This document shows, piece by piece, positions 19,405 to 27,863 of a stretch of 48,103 bases of DNA; position 1 is the stretch's first letter; each line of letters opens with the position of its first letter. The position numbers were made by a program, and so were the translations under genes. The DNA comes from a virus (lineage: Duplodnaviria > Caudoviricetes): positions 1 through 48,103 of the IMG/VR virus record IMGVR_UViG_3300043756_000069; one strand, written 5' to 3'. The notes beneath the pieces are model-generated. The model did no database searches and had not been told where the DNA came from. It saw only the letters and a program-made list of their open reading frames with translations.

Positions 19405-19814
19405 ACTGTTACGTAGCTGGTCGAACACGCGACGTACACAGAGTGAACAAGGTACAGAACCTAGCTGTGGAAGCTGGTCACACGATAACGTTCGATTGGA
19501 CTGGTCCAGAAGGTAACATCAAAGATGACTGGTCGAATGACACGCATACCGCTGCTGTTCACTCACAACGTGAAGTGGCAGCAGCGAAGTGTGAACTGTT
19601 CATACTGGTAACGCCACGTGCACTAGGTGGTGTTGGTTGCTTCATTGAATTCGGTGTCGCGTTAGGTAATGGTGCACTGTGCTATGTGTTTCCATTCTTG
19701 GATCGTGACAGTGTGTTCTTCTATCATCCGTCAGTGTACATCATACCGAACCTGGACAAGCTAACTGGTGCACTAAAGCTTGCACCTGGTAGGTACCACG
19801 GTATGCGTAAGTGA
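19401..19814 (+). CDS. Nucleoside 2-deoxyribosyltransferase-like protein
   Basis: 'YVAG', 'GH.IT.DWT', 'G.G...EFG.A' NDT-fold motifs. Confidence 0.7.
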   Translation: MNCYVAGRTRDVHRVNKVQNLAVEAGHTITFDWTGPEGNIKDDWSNDTHTAAVHSQREVAAAKCELFILVTPRALGGVGCFIEFGVALGNGALCYVFPFLDRDSVFFYHPSVYIIPNLDKLTGALKLAPGRYHGMRK

Positions 19815-19822
19815 ATCAAACA

Positions 19823-19963
19823 ATCTACTACACAAGCGTAGTACATACTACACAGGTTAGTTGAATGTTATTAGCAACCACTAACATAACCAACGTTCTG
19901 CGTAGTACGACAACCTATAGTTGTCCTGTCGAACGCTTTAGCTACTACGCTTGTGTAGTAGAT
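19823..19963. repeat. Perfect 21-bp inverted repeat
   Basis: ATCTACTACACAAGCGTAGTA (19823-19843) and its exact reverse complement (19943-19963). Confidence 0.9.
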
Positions 19964-20295
19964 CATCAGGAACTAGATACACCAGATTCCGGTGTATCTT
20001 TTGAAAACCTATACTTGACGATCTACTACGATGCGTAACTGTTCGCATCGTGAACATAATAGTTTGGTAAGGACATGTAACACTACGCAGCGTAGTGGTG
20101 TACTTAGTGCGAAGCACGAAGTGCTTCGCAGGATGCAGCACAGCACGAAAGCGAAGCTTTCCCTCATATCCTGGAAAGCGGTAGACCAGACAACGGAGTT
20201 GTCAGGTGTGACCAACGGAGTGAAGGTCAGTCACGGTGTGAGTAACAACCACCAGGTGACGGAACAGCAGTAACCAAGCTGACTGACCAACACAT

Positions 20296-20880
20296 TAGGA
20301 ACAGCCACCGAATCACACCACACTCTGTACCGTCAACTGAGAATCACTCAGTAGCAGATGCCACACCACGCGAGACTTCGGTAGGCACTAGGTGGACCAG
20401 ATACACCACGCACCTGCACACAAACGGTACGGTCTGGATTGGGAGCACCAGTCACCCAGACGTGGAATGTCGAATCAGGTGAAGTGCCAAGCGAGGTATC
20501 TGATAGCAACCTTGACGTTTACCATTGGTTCCGGTTGCTAGGGCAACATCGTTGATCCGCCACACAGTGAAATAAAACTACAGTGCGCGGGGAGTGAGTA
20601 GAGTCGCTTGGTACAGACACTTAGTGTCTAACCAATAGTTACAGTTTTCTGTCCCGTGATCTTCACTGGTTCGTTGTTCAGTGCGACACACGTTTGCGGG
20701 ACGGTGGTAACGAATACAAATTACTCCTCCTTGTCACTGTTACATGACAATGCTTGGATTCACACTGATGGCTGTCCTACTTTCGATGGTAGGCGTGAGA
20801 ACGAATGAGTCAGTGCCAAGTATGGGTTATCACGCGGTTCAAGTCCGTGGTAACGGTGTGGCGTTCATTCGCCCTATAGC
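20296..20880 (+). ncRNA. Large (~600 nt) structured non-coding RNA candidate
   Basis: No credible ORF; more than 10 helices, including long-range 20296-20307/20769-20779, 20484-20494/20604-20614, 20649-20659/20694-20704 and 20802-20808/20865-20871; T-arm-like CGCGG-TTCAAGT-CCGTG. Confidence 0.6.
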
Positions 20881-20909
20881 AGTACCACTCACACTAAGGA
20901 GTACACACT

Positions 20910-21215
20910 ATGGATGCTTCACGTAGAAGCAATGGTCCTGACCGTGGTAACAGTTACTCACGTCGCGCTCGCAAGCATCGCCTACTCACTGAGTTTGGCG
21001 ATGGTGAGACTTGCGAGTGCATTTACTGTGGCGCTGAGTTGAACTTCGACACGGTTACATCAGACCGCGTTATACCTGGTTCGAACGGTGGCACTTACCA
21101 CCGTGACAACCTGGTGCCAGCTTGCCAGTTCTGCAACCTGTCACGTGGTGACACACCAATCCTTGAATTCATGTTGAAGGTTGGTCCTGTCAAGCTGGCC
21201 GCTTCAATCGGCTAG
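20910..21215 (+). CDS. HNH endonuclease-fold protein (first His replaced by Arg)
   Basis: CxxC ... 'SDRVIPGSNGG...DNLVPACQFCN..RG'; AAGGAG RBS. Confidence 0.85.
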   Translation: MDASRRSNGPDRGNSYSRRARKHRLLTEFGDGETCECIYCGAELNFDTVTSDRVIPGSNGGTYHRDNLVPACQFCNLSRGDTPILEFMLKVGPVKLAASIG

Positions 21216-21296
21216 CACACACCAGTGCACTGATGAGTCAAATCGTCAGTGTGCTTTCCCCATAAAGGGGTAACTCACACTCAAGGAGTAATTGAA
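21216..21296 (+). repeat. Intergenic hairpin-RBS element copy 1
   Basis: Stem AGTGCACTGATGA / loop GTCAAA / TCGTCAGTGTGCT; CCCC-ATAAA-GGGG; TAACTCACACTCAAGGAGTAA. Confidence 0.9.
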
Positions 21297-21797
21297 ATGA
21301 AACTCACCATTCATGGTCCGAACCTGAACGATCAGTCAAAGGGTACGTTCCACGTGCACACTGCTGAGTGCCGTGACAATAAGAAAGAAGTCACGCACAA
21401 CGGTAGTGAGTTGCCGATCACTCACGAATTCAAGTCAGTGATTGACGTTGTGGAATACATTTACGGTGATCACATGGCCGAGCATCCGGCTGGTGACAAG
21501 TGGTCCACTCCTGATGTTTACGTCAGTGACTTCCACTTCGCACCGTGCACCAATGACCTTCCTTATGTCACTGATGAGGAAATGGTCATTGAGCAAAAGG
21601 TCACTGAGGATGACTTGACTGACTGTGATGGTTGTAACGGTTCTGGTATCTACTATGGCCGTGGCTACGTGGAGAATGGAGTGTTCAAGGGTTACACGAA
21701 CACTTGCTTCCGTTGTCAGGGTAAGGGTAAGCAGAATGCTGCTGACCGGAAGCGTAACAGCAACTATGACAAGTACCACCGTAGGGTAAGCATCTGA
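21297..21797 (+). CDS. Hypothetical protein with DnaJ-type CxxCxGxG zinc finger
   Basis: CDGCNGSG...CFRCQGKG; start reassigned to the ATG after the RBS. Confidence 0.75.
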   Translation: MKLTIHGPNLNDQSKGTFHVHTAECRDNKKEVTHNGSELPITHEFKSVIDVVEYIYGDHMAEHPAGDKWSTPDVYVSDFHFAPCTNDLPYVTDEEMVIEQKVTEDDLTDCDGCNGSGIYYGRGYVENGVFKGYTNTCFRCQGKGKQNAADRKRNSNYDKYHRRVSI

Positions 21798-21878
21798 CAC
21801 ACAGTGTGACCAGGTTTCAACCACCTGGTCATACTCTTCCCACAAGGGATAACTCACACTCACAAGGAGTAATCACAA
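21798..21878 (+). repeat. Hairpin-RBS element copy 2
   Basis: AGTGTGACCAGGT/TTCAACC/ACCTGGTCATACT; TCCC-ACAA-GGGA; conserved tail. Confidence 0.9.
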
Positions 21879-22169
21879 ATGACCAAATACACAGTTATGT
21901 TCAACGGTCATACGTTCACACGTAACAGCGAGCATGTCTACACACATGCAGCGTTCAATCCTAACCGTAGAGGTAACCGAGCATGGGTTAGCTTTCACGG
22001 TTCGGAGAAAGCTGCTAGGCGTGCTGCTGGTTCATTCGGGTTAGTTCATGCTGTCATCAGTGATAACCCAACTGCTAAGTGCATCGTGTGCAACGGTGAA
22101 CGGTATTACACTGAACAGCACGCGGACGGTTCACATCATCGCGTTGCATGTTGGAAGTGCAATCGGTAA
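21879..22169 (+). CDS. Hypothetical protein, C-terminal zinc ribbon
   Basis: RBS tail; CIVC...CWKC. Confidence 0.75.
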   Translation: MTKYTVMFNGHTFTRNSEHVYTHAAFNPNRRGNRAWVSFHGSEKAARRAAGSFGLVHAVISDNPTAKCIVCNGERYYTEQHADGSHHRVACWKCNR

Positions 22170-22247
22170 CACAGTGTGTGGTCGCTTCATCGCGGCCACA
22201 TACTCTCCCCAATTGGGGTAACTCACACTCACACAAGGAGTAAACAA
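22170..22247 (+). repeat. Hairpin-RBS element copy 3
   Basis: AGTGTGTGGTCGC/TTCATC/GCGGCCACATACT; CCCC-AATT-GGGG; tail. Confidence 0.9.
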
Positions 22248-22484
22248 ATGCAGGAATTGTCCTTCACTCAGCATGACCTTCATGGTCACAAGTATGTCAA
22301 CCCTACTGCTGTTGTCAGCATGAAGAACAAGAAGGAACTGCACTTGTGCGATAACGTCACTGAACTGTTTGACGCAGTTGCAGGTGACAAGAAGTTCGTT
22401 GCACATGAAGTGATCGGTAACGCACCTGTTCAGGTACTCATCAGTCCTGACGCAGTGGCTACCGTTCAGATTTACAAGCGGTAA
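22248..22484 (+). CDS. Hypothetical protein
   Basis: ATG after the AAGGAGTAA tail. Confidence 0.7.
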   Translation: MQELSFTQHDLHGHKYVNPTAVVSMKNKKELHLCDNVTELFDAVAGDKKFVAHEVIGNAPVQVLISPDAVATVQIYKR

Positions 22485-22569
22485 CAACACAGTGCGGTAA
22501 CGAGTCAGATCGTTACCGTGCACTGTCGGCAATCCTGCCGACTGACTCACACTACAAGGAGTAACACTC
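22485..22569 (+). repeat. Hairpin-RBS element copy 4
   Basis: AGTGCGGTAACGA/GTCAGA/TCGTTACCGTGC; GTCGGCA-ATCC-TGCCGAC; tail. Confidence 0.9.
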
Positions 22570-23262
22570 ATGTTGAAGTCACAAGTCAAGATCGGTGGCA
22601 AGTACACTGCTAAGGTGTCAAACAACCTGGTCACGGTGCGGATCGAAAGTGAACACCGTTACGGTGGTTGGACTGCCACTAACCTTTCCACGATGCGGAA
22701 GGTGCACATCAAGAGTGCACAGAAGCTACGTGGTGAAGTCACTGACAAGCCTAAGACCGAGCGTCCGCGCAATGGTAATGGTGATCCTTTGGCGAGTGAA
22801 CGTCAGATCAATTTCATCAATGACTTGCTTGATCAGCGAGTTGCTAGTGATGAAATGGTGAATGCGTATCACGTTGCTGTGTTGGAAGAGAGGTTCACCA
22901 TTGGTAACGCTGACTGGATGATCAAGCAGTTGAAGCGTAACCCGATGAAGAGTGACCACAGTGCACCTGAGATTGATCAGGTGAAACTCACCACTGACCG
23001 TATCACTCAGATCGGTCGCGATGGTGGTGCAGAAATGGTCACCGAGTCACTTGACAGGGACATTGTGTCCATGTCAGTTGAGGCAATGGTTACCGATATC
23101 ACTGGTGCCGATCCTGCTGACATGTCAACGTTTGAACTGAACACTTACGCCATTGCTTACCTGGATGGCGTGATGAACGGTGCACTGAAAGCAGTTGAAA
23201 CGCTACAAAAGCAGTTCAACGCACCACGCGAGAAGGTCACTACTCGCAAGAAGCAGCGGTAA
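22570..23262 (+). CDS. Hypothetical protein (SH3-like N-terminus, '[10 protein letters not shown]' module)
   Basis: 230 aa; RBS tail. Confidence 0.75.
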   Translation: MLKSQVKIGGKYTAKVSNNLVTVRIESEHRYGGWTATNLSTMRKVHIKSAQKLRGEVTDKPKTERPRNGNGDPLASERQINFINDLLDQRVASDEMVNAYHVAVLEERFTIGNADWMIKQLKRNPMKSDHSAPEIDQVKLTTDRITQIGRDGGAEMVTESLDRDIVSMSVEAMVTDITGADPADMSTFELNTYAIAYLDGVMNGALKAVETLQKQFNAPREKVTTRKKQR

Positions 23263-23340
23263 CACAGTGTGTGGGAGAGTCAAATCTCCCACATACTCTC
23301 CACCATAAGGTGGTAACTCACACTAACAAGGAGTAACGCA
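23263..23340 (+). repeat. Hairpin-RBS element copy 5
   Basis: AGTGTGTGGGAGA/GTCAAA/TCTCCCACATACT; CCACC-ATAA-GGTGG; tail. Confidence 0.9.
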
Positions 23341-23661
23341 ATGTCTGATGACAAGCCTATGACTGAACTTGAAGTGTTCAATCTGGCAGAGGAACTGTCA
23401 GGTGAACAGATTGATGACATGTGGTCAATGAATATCACTAAGTTCTCTGACAAGTTGTCAATGGCACTGTGGACCATTAGTGGTCACGGTTTCGATGATG
23501 ACAGTATCCCTAGTCCTAGTGATGACGGTTCATATGTTCTCAGGATCAATCGGTTCGTAGTCCTGTGTGACACACAGGGTTTCGTCAACACTCGTCCATA
23601 TGACAAGGTGCAACATGCACGGTGGGCGATGGATGATATCCGTCGCGATATGAACGAGTAA
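23341..23661 (+). CDS. Hypothetical protein
   Basis: RBS tail; 106 aa. Confidence 0.75.
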   Translation: MSDDKPMTELEVFNLAEELSGEQIDDMWSMNITKFSDKLSMALWTISGHGFDDDSIPSPSDDGSYVLRINRFVVLCDTQGFVNTRPYDKVQHARWAMDDIRRDMNE

Positions 23662-23740
23662 CACACAGCAGTGCACTGTTTCACCACGGTGCACTGTTCT
23701 CCGCGTATGCGGTAACTAACACTCACAAGGAGTAATCACA
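23662..23740 (+). repeat. Hairpin-RBS element copy 6
   Basis: AGCAGTGCACTGT/TTCACC/ACGGTGCACTGTT; CCGC-GTAT-GCGG; tail. Confidence 0.9.
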
Positions 23741-24022
23741 ATGAAGGTATTCATGCTTTGGTACGGTGGTAACGGTAACTATGCTGCACCTGAACTGGAT
23801 GACGTTGAAGAGTTTGACAGTATCAAAGATGCTGTTAGGTCATTCGATTCACGTGCAGATAGTTGGAACACTTACTATCCACTGGTTGAACGTGACACGT
23901 TCGACAATGGTGGTCAGTTCGCTCACCTGTTCTTCACCGATCCGCGTGAATCAGGTGAAGGTTACCCTGACAGGGTAATCGAGTATGGTCCACGCGGTGG
24001 CATTCACGTGAACCGTATGTAA
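23741..24022 (+). CDS. Hypothetical protein
   Basis: RBS tail; C-terminal 'YPDR....GPRGG'. Confidence 0.75.
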   Translation: MKVFMLWYGGNGNYAAPELDDVEEFDSIKDAVRSFDSRADSWNTYYPLVERDTFDNGGQFAHLFFTDPRESGEGYPDRVIEYGPRGGIHVNRM

Positions 24023-24103
24023 CACACAGTGCACCAGTGACTCATCATCGCTGGTGCATTCTCCGCCACATGGCGGTACTCACACTCACAAGGAGTAACA
24101 GCA
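24023..24103 (+). repeat. Hairpin-RBS element copy 7
   Basis: AGTGCACCAGTGA/CTCATCA/TCGCTGGTGCATT; CCGCC-ACAT-GGCGG; tail. Confidence 0.9.
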
Positions 24104-24259
24104 ATGACCATTGAACAGATGTGGGACAAACTCATTGAACTAGGTGTCAGTGAGCAGTGCCTACGTATTGTCACTAGCATCAACGGTTACAACGCGCAGA
24201 CAATGCGTGACGTACTGTATGCACACATTGGTTACAACGATTTCGACCAGGTGAACTAA
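24104..24259 (+). CDS. Small hypothetical protein (51 aa; below the ORF-track cutoff)
   Basis: MTIEQMWDKLIELGVSE...; RBS tail; TAATG overlap with the next gene. Confidence 0.7.
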   Translation: MTIEQMWDKLIELGVSEQCLRIVTSINGYNAQTMRDVLYAHIGYNDFDQVN

Positions 24260-24453
24260 TGCACGATGAAATGACAGATAGTGAAACTGCTGTCCTTCAC
24301 AACCTGCTTGCCAAGTATTGCACTCAGTATGCGATGCCTGGTGAGTGGTCAATCAGTGAACGTCAAGCATTCACTGCACTAGCTGGTGACTTGCGTGAAT
24401 CCATTATGGATGAGCGCATTACACTGGAACCATTTCCCAACCTAGGTTGCTGA
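24259..24453 (+). CDS. Small hypothetical protein
   Basis: Translationally coupled at both ends. Confidence 0.65.
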   Translation: MHDEMTDSETAVLHNLLAKYCTQYAMPGEWSISERQAFTALAGDLRESIMDERITLEPFPNLGC

Positions 24454-24620
24454 TGCCACACACCATAGGTCACTACGATGCACGTTTGGCAATGCTGAAC
24501 GTGCGTATCAGAAGACTCACCGATGAGCGTAAGCGAATCACTGGTGAGTTGAACGCTGCTAAGCGTGAACGTCGCGCCATCCTCGCAAAGCAGCAGCGCA
24601 GTAAAGCAGCAAAGAAGTAA
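24453..24620 (+). CDS. Small basic coiled-coil protein (55 aa)
   Basis: TGATG overlap; MPHTIGHYDARL...KAAKK*; stop precedes copy 8. Confidence 0.65.
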   Translation: MPHTIGHYDARLAMLNVRIRRLTDERKRITGELNAAKRERRAILAKQQRSKAAKK

Positions 24621-24694
24621 CACAGTGTGATCGGGTTTCATCACCTGGTCACACTCTCCGCGTAAGCGGTAACTCACACTAACAAGGAGTAACA
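24621..24694 (+). repeat. Hairpin-RBS element copy 8
   Basis: AGTGTGATCGGGT/TTCATC/ACCTGGTCACACT; CCGC-GTAA-GCGG; tail. Confidence 0.9.
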
Positions 24695-25006
24695 ATGTCA
24701 GACACACTCAAGATCATCACTAACAACGTTCCACGTGACATTCTGTGGGACTTGCCAGAGAGTGACCGTAAAGAGTTTGACTACATCAAGTGGTCAGATG
24801 TTGACAACGGTATCGAGTCAGTGGCTTTTGTGAACTACAAAGGTCAGTTGTATGACTTGAATGACACGGAAGGTGTCTTCCCTGCTGACCGTAGCTGGTT
24901 CTATGTCAGTGACTCATTCTTCTCTGGTGTACTGTTCAGGTATCCAGCGGATGAATTCGGCACGTATGACACTGAACAGATCATTTGCGGAAGGTACTAC
25001 GCATAA
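24695..25006 (+). CDS. Hypothetical protein
   Basis: RBS tail; 103 aa. Confidence 0.75.
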   Translation: MSDTLKIITNNVPRDILWDLPESDRKEFDYIKWSDVDNGIESVAFVNYKGQLYDLNDTEGVFPADRSWFYVSDSFFSGVLFRYPADEFGTYDTEQIICGRYYA

Positions 25007-25185
25007 TGCCATTCTCACAATCACACTCACTGATCAGCTTTGTCATTCGTGACAGTGATGATCACATCATTGAAACACGTGACAACATGTCACGCACGGA
25101 TGCTGTTGAATTCATGCGCTCATTCTTTCGTAGCATGGAAGAAGATGAGTACATAATTCAGGTGAACAAAAAGATCAAGTGGTAA
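25006..25185 (+). CDS. Small hypothetical protein
   Basis: TAATG coupling (MPFSQSH...). Confidence 0.6.
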   Translation: MPFSQSHSLISFVIRDSDDHIIETRDNMSRTDAVEFMRSFFRSMEEDEYIIQVNKKIKW

Positions 25186-25263
25186 CACAGTGTGGTGACG
25201 AGTCAAATCGTCACCATACTCTGCACCATACGGTGCTGATTCACACTCACAAGGAGTAACACT
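25186..25263 (+). repeat. Hairpin-RBS element copy 9
   Basis: AGTGTGGTGACGA/GTCAAA/TCGTCACCATACT; GCACC-ATAC-GGTGC; tail. Confidence 0.9.
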
Positions 25264-25527
25264 ATGCCACGTGCTGCTAAGCAGCAATACCGCATATACA
25301 TTCATGGTCACTCTTTCCGTCATGTGTTCGGTACACCTGACGCTAAGGAAGTGACTGCATGGATGGTGAAACTGTACAAAGGTCAGCAACCTGGTTTCCC
25401 TAGGGTTGGACCTTATGACTGGTCAGTTGAGAAACTTGATCAGTCTGATGGTAACTGGTATGCGATTGACGCACTGTCAAAACAAGCGTTGATCGCTGCT
25501 ATTCACAAAGGTGTCACTAATGCCTAG
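25264..25527 (+). CDS. Hypothetical protein
   Basis: RBS tail. Confidence 0.7.
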   Translation: MPRAAKQQYRIYIHGHSFRHVFGTPDAKEVTAWMVKLYKGQQPGFPRVGPYDWSVEKLDQSDGNWYAIDALSKQALIAAIHKGVTNA

Positions 25528-25867
25528 GCTACAACGTTCACTGCACCGTGGTTGGTCTGACCGTAAACCGTTCATCAGACGTGTCCGTTGGTATCAGAAT
25601 GAAAACATGAGTGCACTTGCACAAGTGAGAAGTTCTATGCCATACAGGTTGAATTTCCAAGATGAATTCATGGAGATAAACCGATTCTTCACTACACATG
25701 AAACGACACTACACTGGTTTGAACGATTCATTGCACTAAGTGATGAGCGTCCATTCAAGCCTGTACCTGGAACGTACCCACCACAACCAAGTGGTGAGAA
25801 TGTTAGTGACTCACCAGTGCGGCGGATCGAAGAAGAGATTGAAGCTGCACAAGCAGAAGGTAAGTAG
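25520..25867 (+). CDS. Hypothetical protein
   Basis: Overlaps the upstream gene end; stop precedes copy 10. Confidence 0.65.
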   Translation: MPRLQRSLHRGWSDRKPFIRRVRWYQNENMSALAQVRSSMPYRLNFQDEFMEINRFFTTHETTLHWFERFIALSDERPFKPVPGTYPPQPSGENVSDSPVRRIEEEIEAAQAEGK

Positions 25868-25946
25868 TAACAGCACAGCGATGTGTCACAACGTCGCTGT
25901 GTTCTTCCGTCACCCGACGGATAACTCACACTAACAAGGAGTAACT
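25868..25946 (+). repeat. Hairpin-RBS element copy 10
   Basis: AGCACAGCGATGT/GTCACA/ACGTCGCTGTGTT; TCCGTC-ACCC-GACGGA; tail. Confidence 0.9.
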
Positions 25947-26303
25947 ATGTCTCGTCCTAAGTCAATGACTAACGTGCAACTGGCAGAGTGGTTGGACCAA
26001 CTCGGTTCACACACTGTGTACGATGCAGTGATGTTGACTGACACACTACCTGCTGACATTGCAGCAATAGTGCCGACACAAACCACTGCACAAGTCAGAC
26101 GTGCAATGGAGAACCGTGGACTAGGTGGTGACATTACCACTAAGGATACGATTCTGTTCACTGGTTACATTGCGGCAATGGCTATTTCACGTGCACGTTG
26201 TGGTAGTGACGCATGTCAGGAAGCATACGGTCAGATAGCTGGTCGTGGTTCCATTCACCGTGCAGCGATTGCACTACTCAGAAGGACACCTGACAATGCA
26301 TGA
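25947..26303 (+). CDS. Hypothetical protein
   Basis: RBS tail. Confidence 0.7.
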   Translation: MSRPKSMTNVQLAEWLDQLGSHTVYDAVMLTDTLPADIAAIVPTQTTAQVRRAMENRGLGGDITTKDTILFTGYIAAMAISRARCGSDACQEAYGQIAGRGSIHRAAIALLRRTPDNA

Positions 26304-26502
26304 CGAAATGAACAAGCATGAAGCGATTGAACGTATGAAGACACTTCACGCACAGCTTACTGCTGCACGTGAAAGTGCACTCATCTGTTCAGCGTTACTA
26401 GCTGGTGTGGATCAACGTTCTACCTGGTTGCGCGATGACATAGCGCAGTCACTTGAAGTTCTCGATTCACAGGTGCGTGGAAACATTCACTCCATGCAGT
26501 GA
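26296..26502 (+). CDS. Small hypothetical protein
   Basis: AAGGA upstream; MHDEMNKHE... Confidence 0.6.
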   Translation: MHDEMNKHEAIERMKTLHAQLTAARESALICSALLAGVDQRSTWLRDDIAQSLEVLDSQVRGNIHSMQ

Positions 26503-26577
26503 CACAGTGCAGTGCAGAGTCAAATCTGCACTGTGCTTTATTACCCTCAGATCAAACACTCACAAGGAGTAACACTA
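26503..26577 (+). repeat. Hairpin-RBS element copy 11 (no second hairpin)
   Basis: AGTGCAGTGCAGA/GTCAAA/TCTGCACTGTGCT; CACTCACAAGGAGTAA. Confidence 0.9.
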
Positions 26578-27156
26578 ATGATAGGTTGCACCAACGTCTA
26601 TCACAACGAAGTTGACTGTCGCGTAGCAGGATTGTCATATGCACTGTGGTGCAGTGCATGTCGGATGACACTGACGGATATCTACGTTGAAAGCATCAAA
26701 GAGTCACATGCTCGCATTCAAGCGAGTATCGATGATGAAACTGTCATTGACTTACTGACCACTCCAATGTTCCCGTTGCAGTATGACGTGAAGGATCACA
26801 ACAATGAACGTGGTGACTATTACGAAGAATGTGACGTGTGTCATCGTTCAATGTTTGACGTTCAAACTGTTCACCTAGGTGACTCTCGTCCTTGGACATG
26901 GGACACCATTGGTGTATGTGGTGCGTGTCGTTTCACTGAGGCAATCAGACAAGCTGCTGAGAATGCACAGTATGAACGGTGGGCGCGTGAAGAACAAGAG
27001 TGGCTAGACAACGGTGGTCAGGAATTGATTGACAGTGAACCGTATGTGTGGCCGGATGAACGTGACACTTACCGTAGCAATCCAGACGGTACAGTTACAC
27101 TCATCACAGAAAGCGGTCAGGAACACACTTACGATCCTGACCAGTTGGATCAGTAA
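26578..27156 (+). CDS. Hypothetical protein with CxxC motifs
   Basis: Start reassigned after the RBS tail; CSAC, CDVC, CGAC. Confidence 0.7.
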   Translation: MIGCTNVYHNEVDCRVAGLSYALWCSACRMTLTDIYVESIKESHARIQASIDDETVIDLLTTPMFPLQYDVKDHNNERGDYYEECDVCHRSMFDVQTVHLGDSRPWTWDTIGVCGACRFTEAIRQAAENAQYERWAREEQEWLDNGGQELIDSEPYVWPDERDTYRSNPDGTVTLITESGQEHTYDPDQLDQ

Positions 27157-27251
27157 CACCAAGTGCAGCAGCGAGTCACATCGTTGCTGTACTCTGCGCC
27201 AAGGGTAACCGCGCAGAAGAGTTACCCACACTCACAAGGAGTAGTGACACT
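27157..27251 (+). repeat. Hairpin-RBS element copy 12 (second hairpin replaced by overlapping helices)
   Basis: AGTGCAGCAGCGA/GTCACA/TCGTTGCTGTACT; CTGCGC..GGGTAAC.GCGCAG..GTTACCC; tail. Confidence 0.9.
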
Positions 27252-27776
27252 ATGTCACAGTTCAACACTAAAATCACTGAGGCAATTGAAGCGTTGGACG
27301 CTGAGATTGCTGACGTGGAGCAAGAGTTGGAACAGTTGAAAGCAACTCGTGCCAACCTTGAAACAGTGTTGGTTGAAGGTGACGATGAGACACCTAAGAA
27401 GTCACAACGTAGCAAGGTGTCAACCATCAAGGTCAGTGACAAGCCACAACGCAGTGGTCGTGCTGACAGTAAGCGTGGTGAGATTATCTCCATGCTTGAG
27501 GATGGTGTAAAGCCATCTATCATTGCTGAGCAGATGGACGTTACACCTAACTATGTGTACACCATCCGCAAAGCGGAAGCTATTGCACAGAGTGACACAC
27601 CACGCCGTGGTGGTCGCCGCGCATCGCGTAACAGTGATAGCGGTAACGGTGCACGTAAGGTCACCAAGCGTCAGCAGATTGCTGACATGCTTGCAGACAA
27701 AATGTCAGTGAAGGATATCGCTGACGAGTTGGGTATCTCACCTTCCTACGTTTACAACGTGAAGGGTAGTCTCTAG
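27252..27776 (+). CDS. Tandem helix-turn-helix DNA-binding protein with N-terminal coiled coil
   Basis: Two HTH repeats: 'GVKPSIIAEQMDVTPNYVYTIR' and 'KMSVKDIADELGISPSYVYNVK'. Confidence 0.8.
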   Translation: MSQFNTKITEAIEALDAEIADVEQELEQLKATRANLETVLVEGDDETPKKSQRSKVSTIKVSDKPQRSGRADSKRGEIISMLEDGVKPSIIAEQMDVTPNYVYTIRKAEAIAQSDTPRRGGRRASRNSDSGNGARKVTKRQQIADMLADKMSVKDIADELGISPSYVYNVKGSL

Positions 27777-27863
27777 TACACAGTCAGTGTGTGAGTCGAA
27801 TCGCACACTGACTCTATTCCTCTCATAGTTCACACTACAAACCACTCACAAGGAGTAACCCGT
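27777..27863 (+). repeat. Hairpin-RBS element copy 13
   Basis: AGTCAGTGTGTGA/GTCGAA/TCGCACACTGACT; CACTCACAAGGAGTAA. Confidence 0.9.

Noticed and set aside
19938-20273. Short ORFs overlapping the regulatory region upstream of the ncRNA
   Set aside because: No RBS, conflicting frames on both strands, and no recognisable motifs.
20785-20860. tRNA or tmRNA gene suggested by GGTTCAAGTCC
   Set aside because: A T-arm is present, but I found no matching acceptor stem, D/anticodon arms or CCA end.
21229-21250. Hammerhead ribozyme (CTGATGA)
   Set aside because: No GAAA core or stem II; CTGATGA is simply part of the copy 1 stem.
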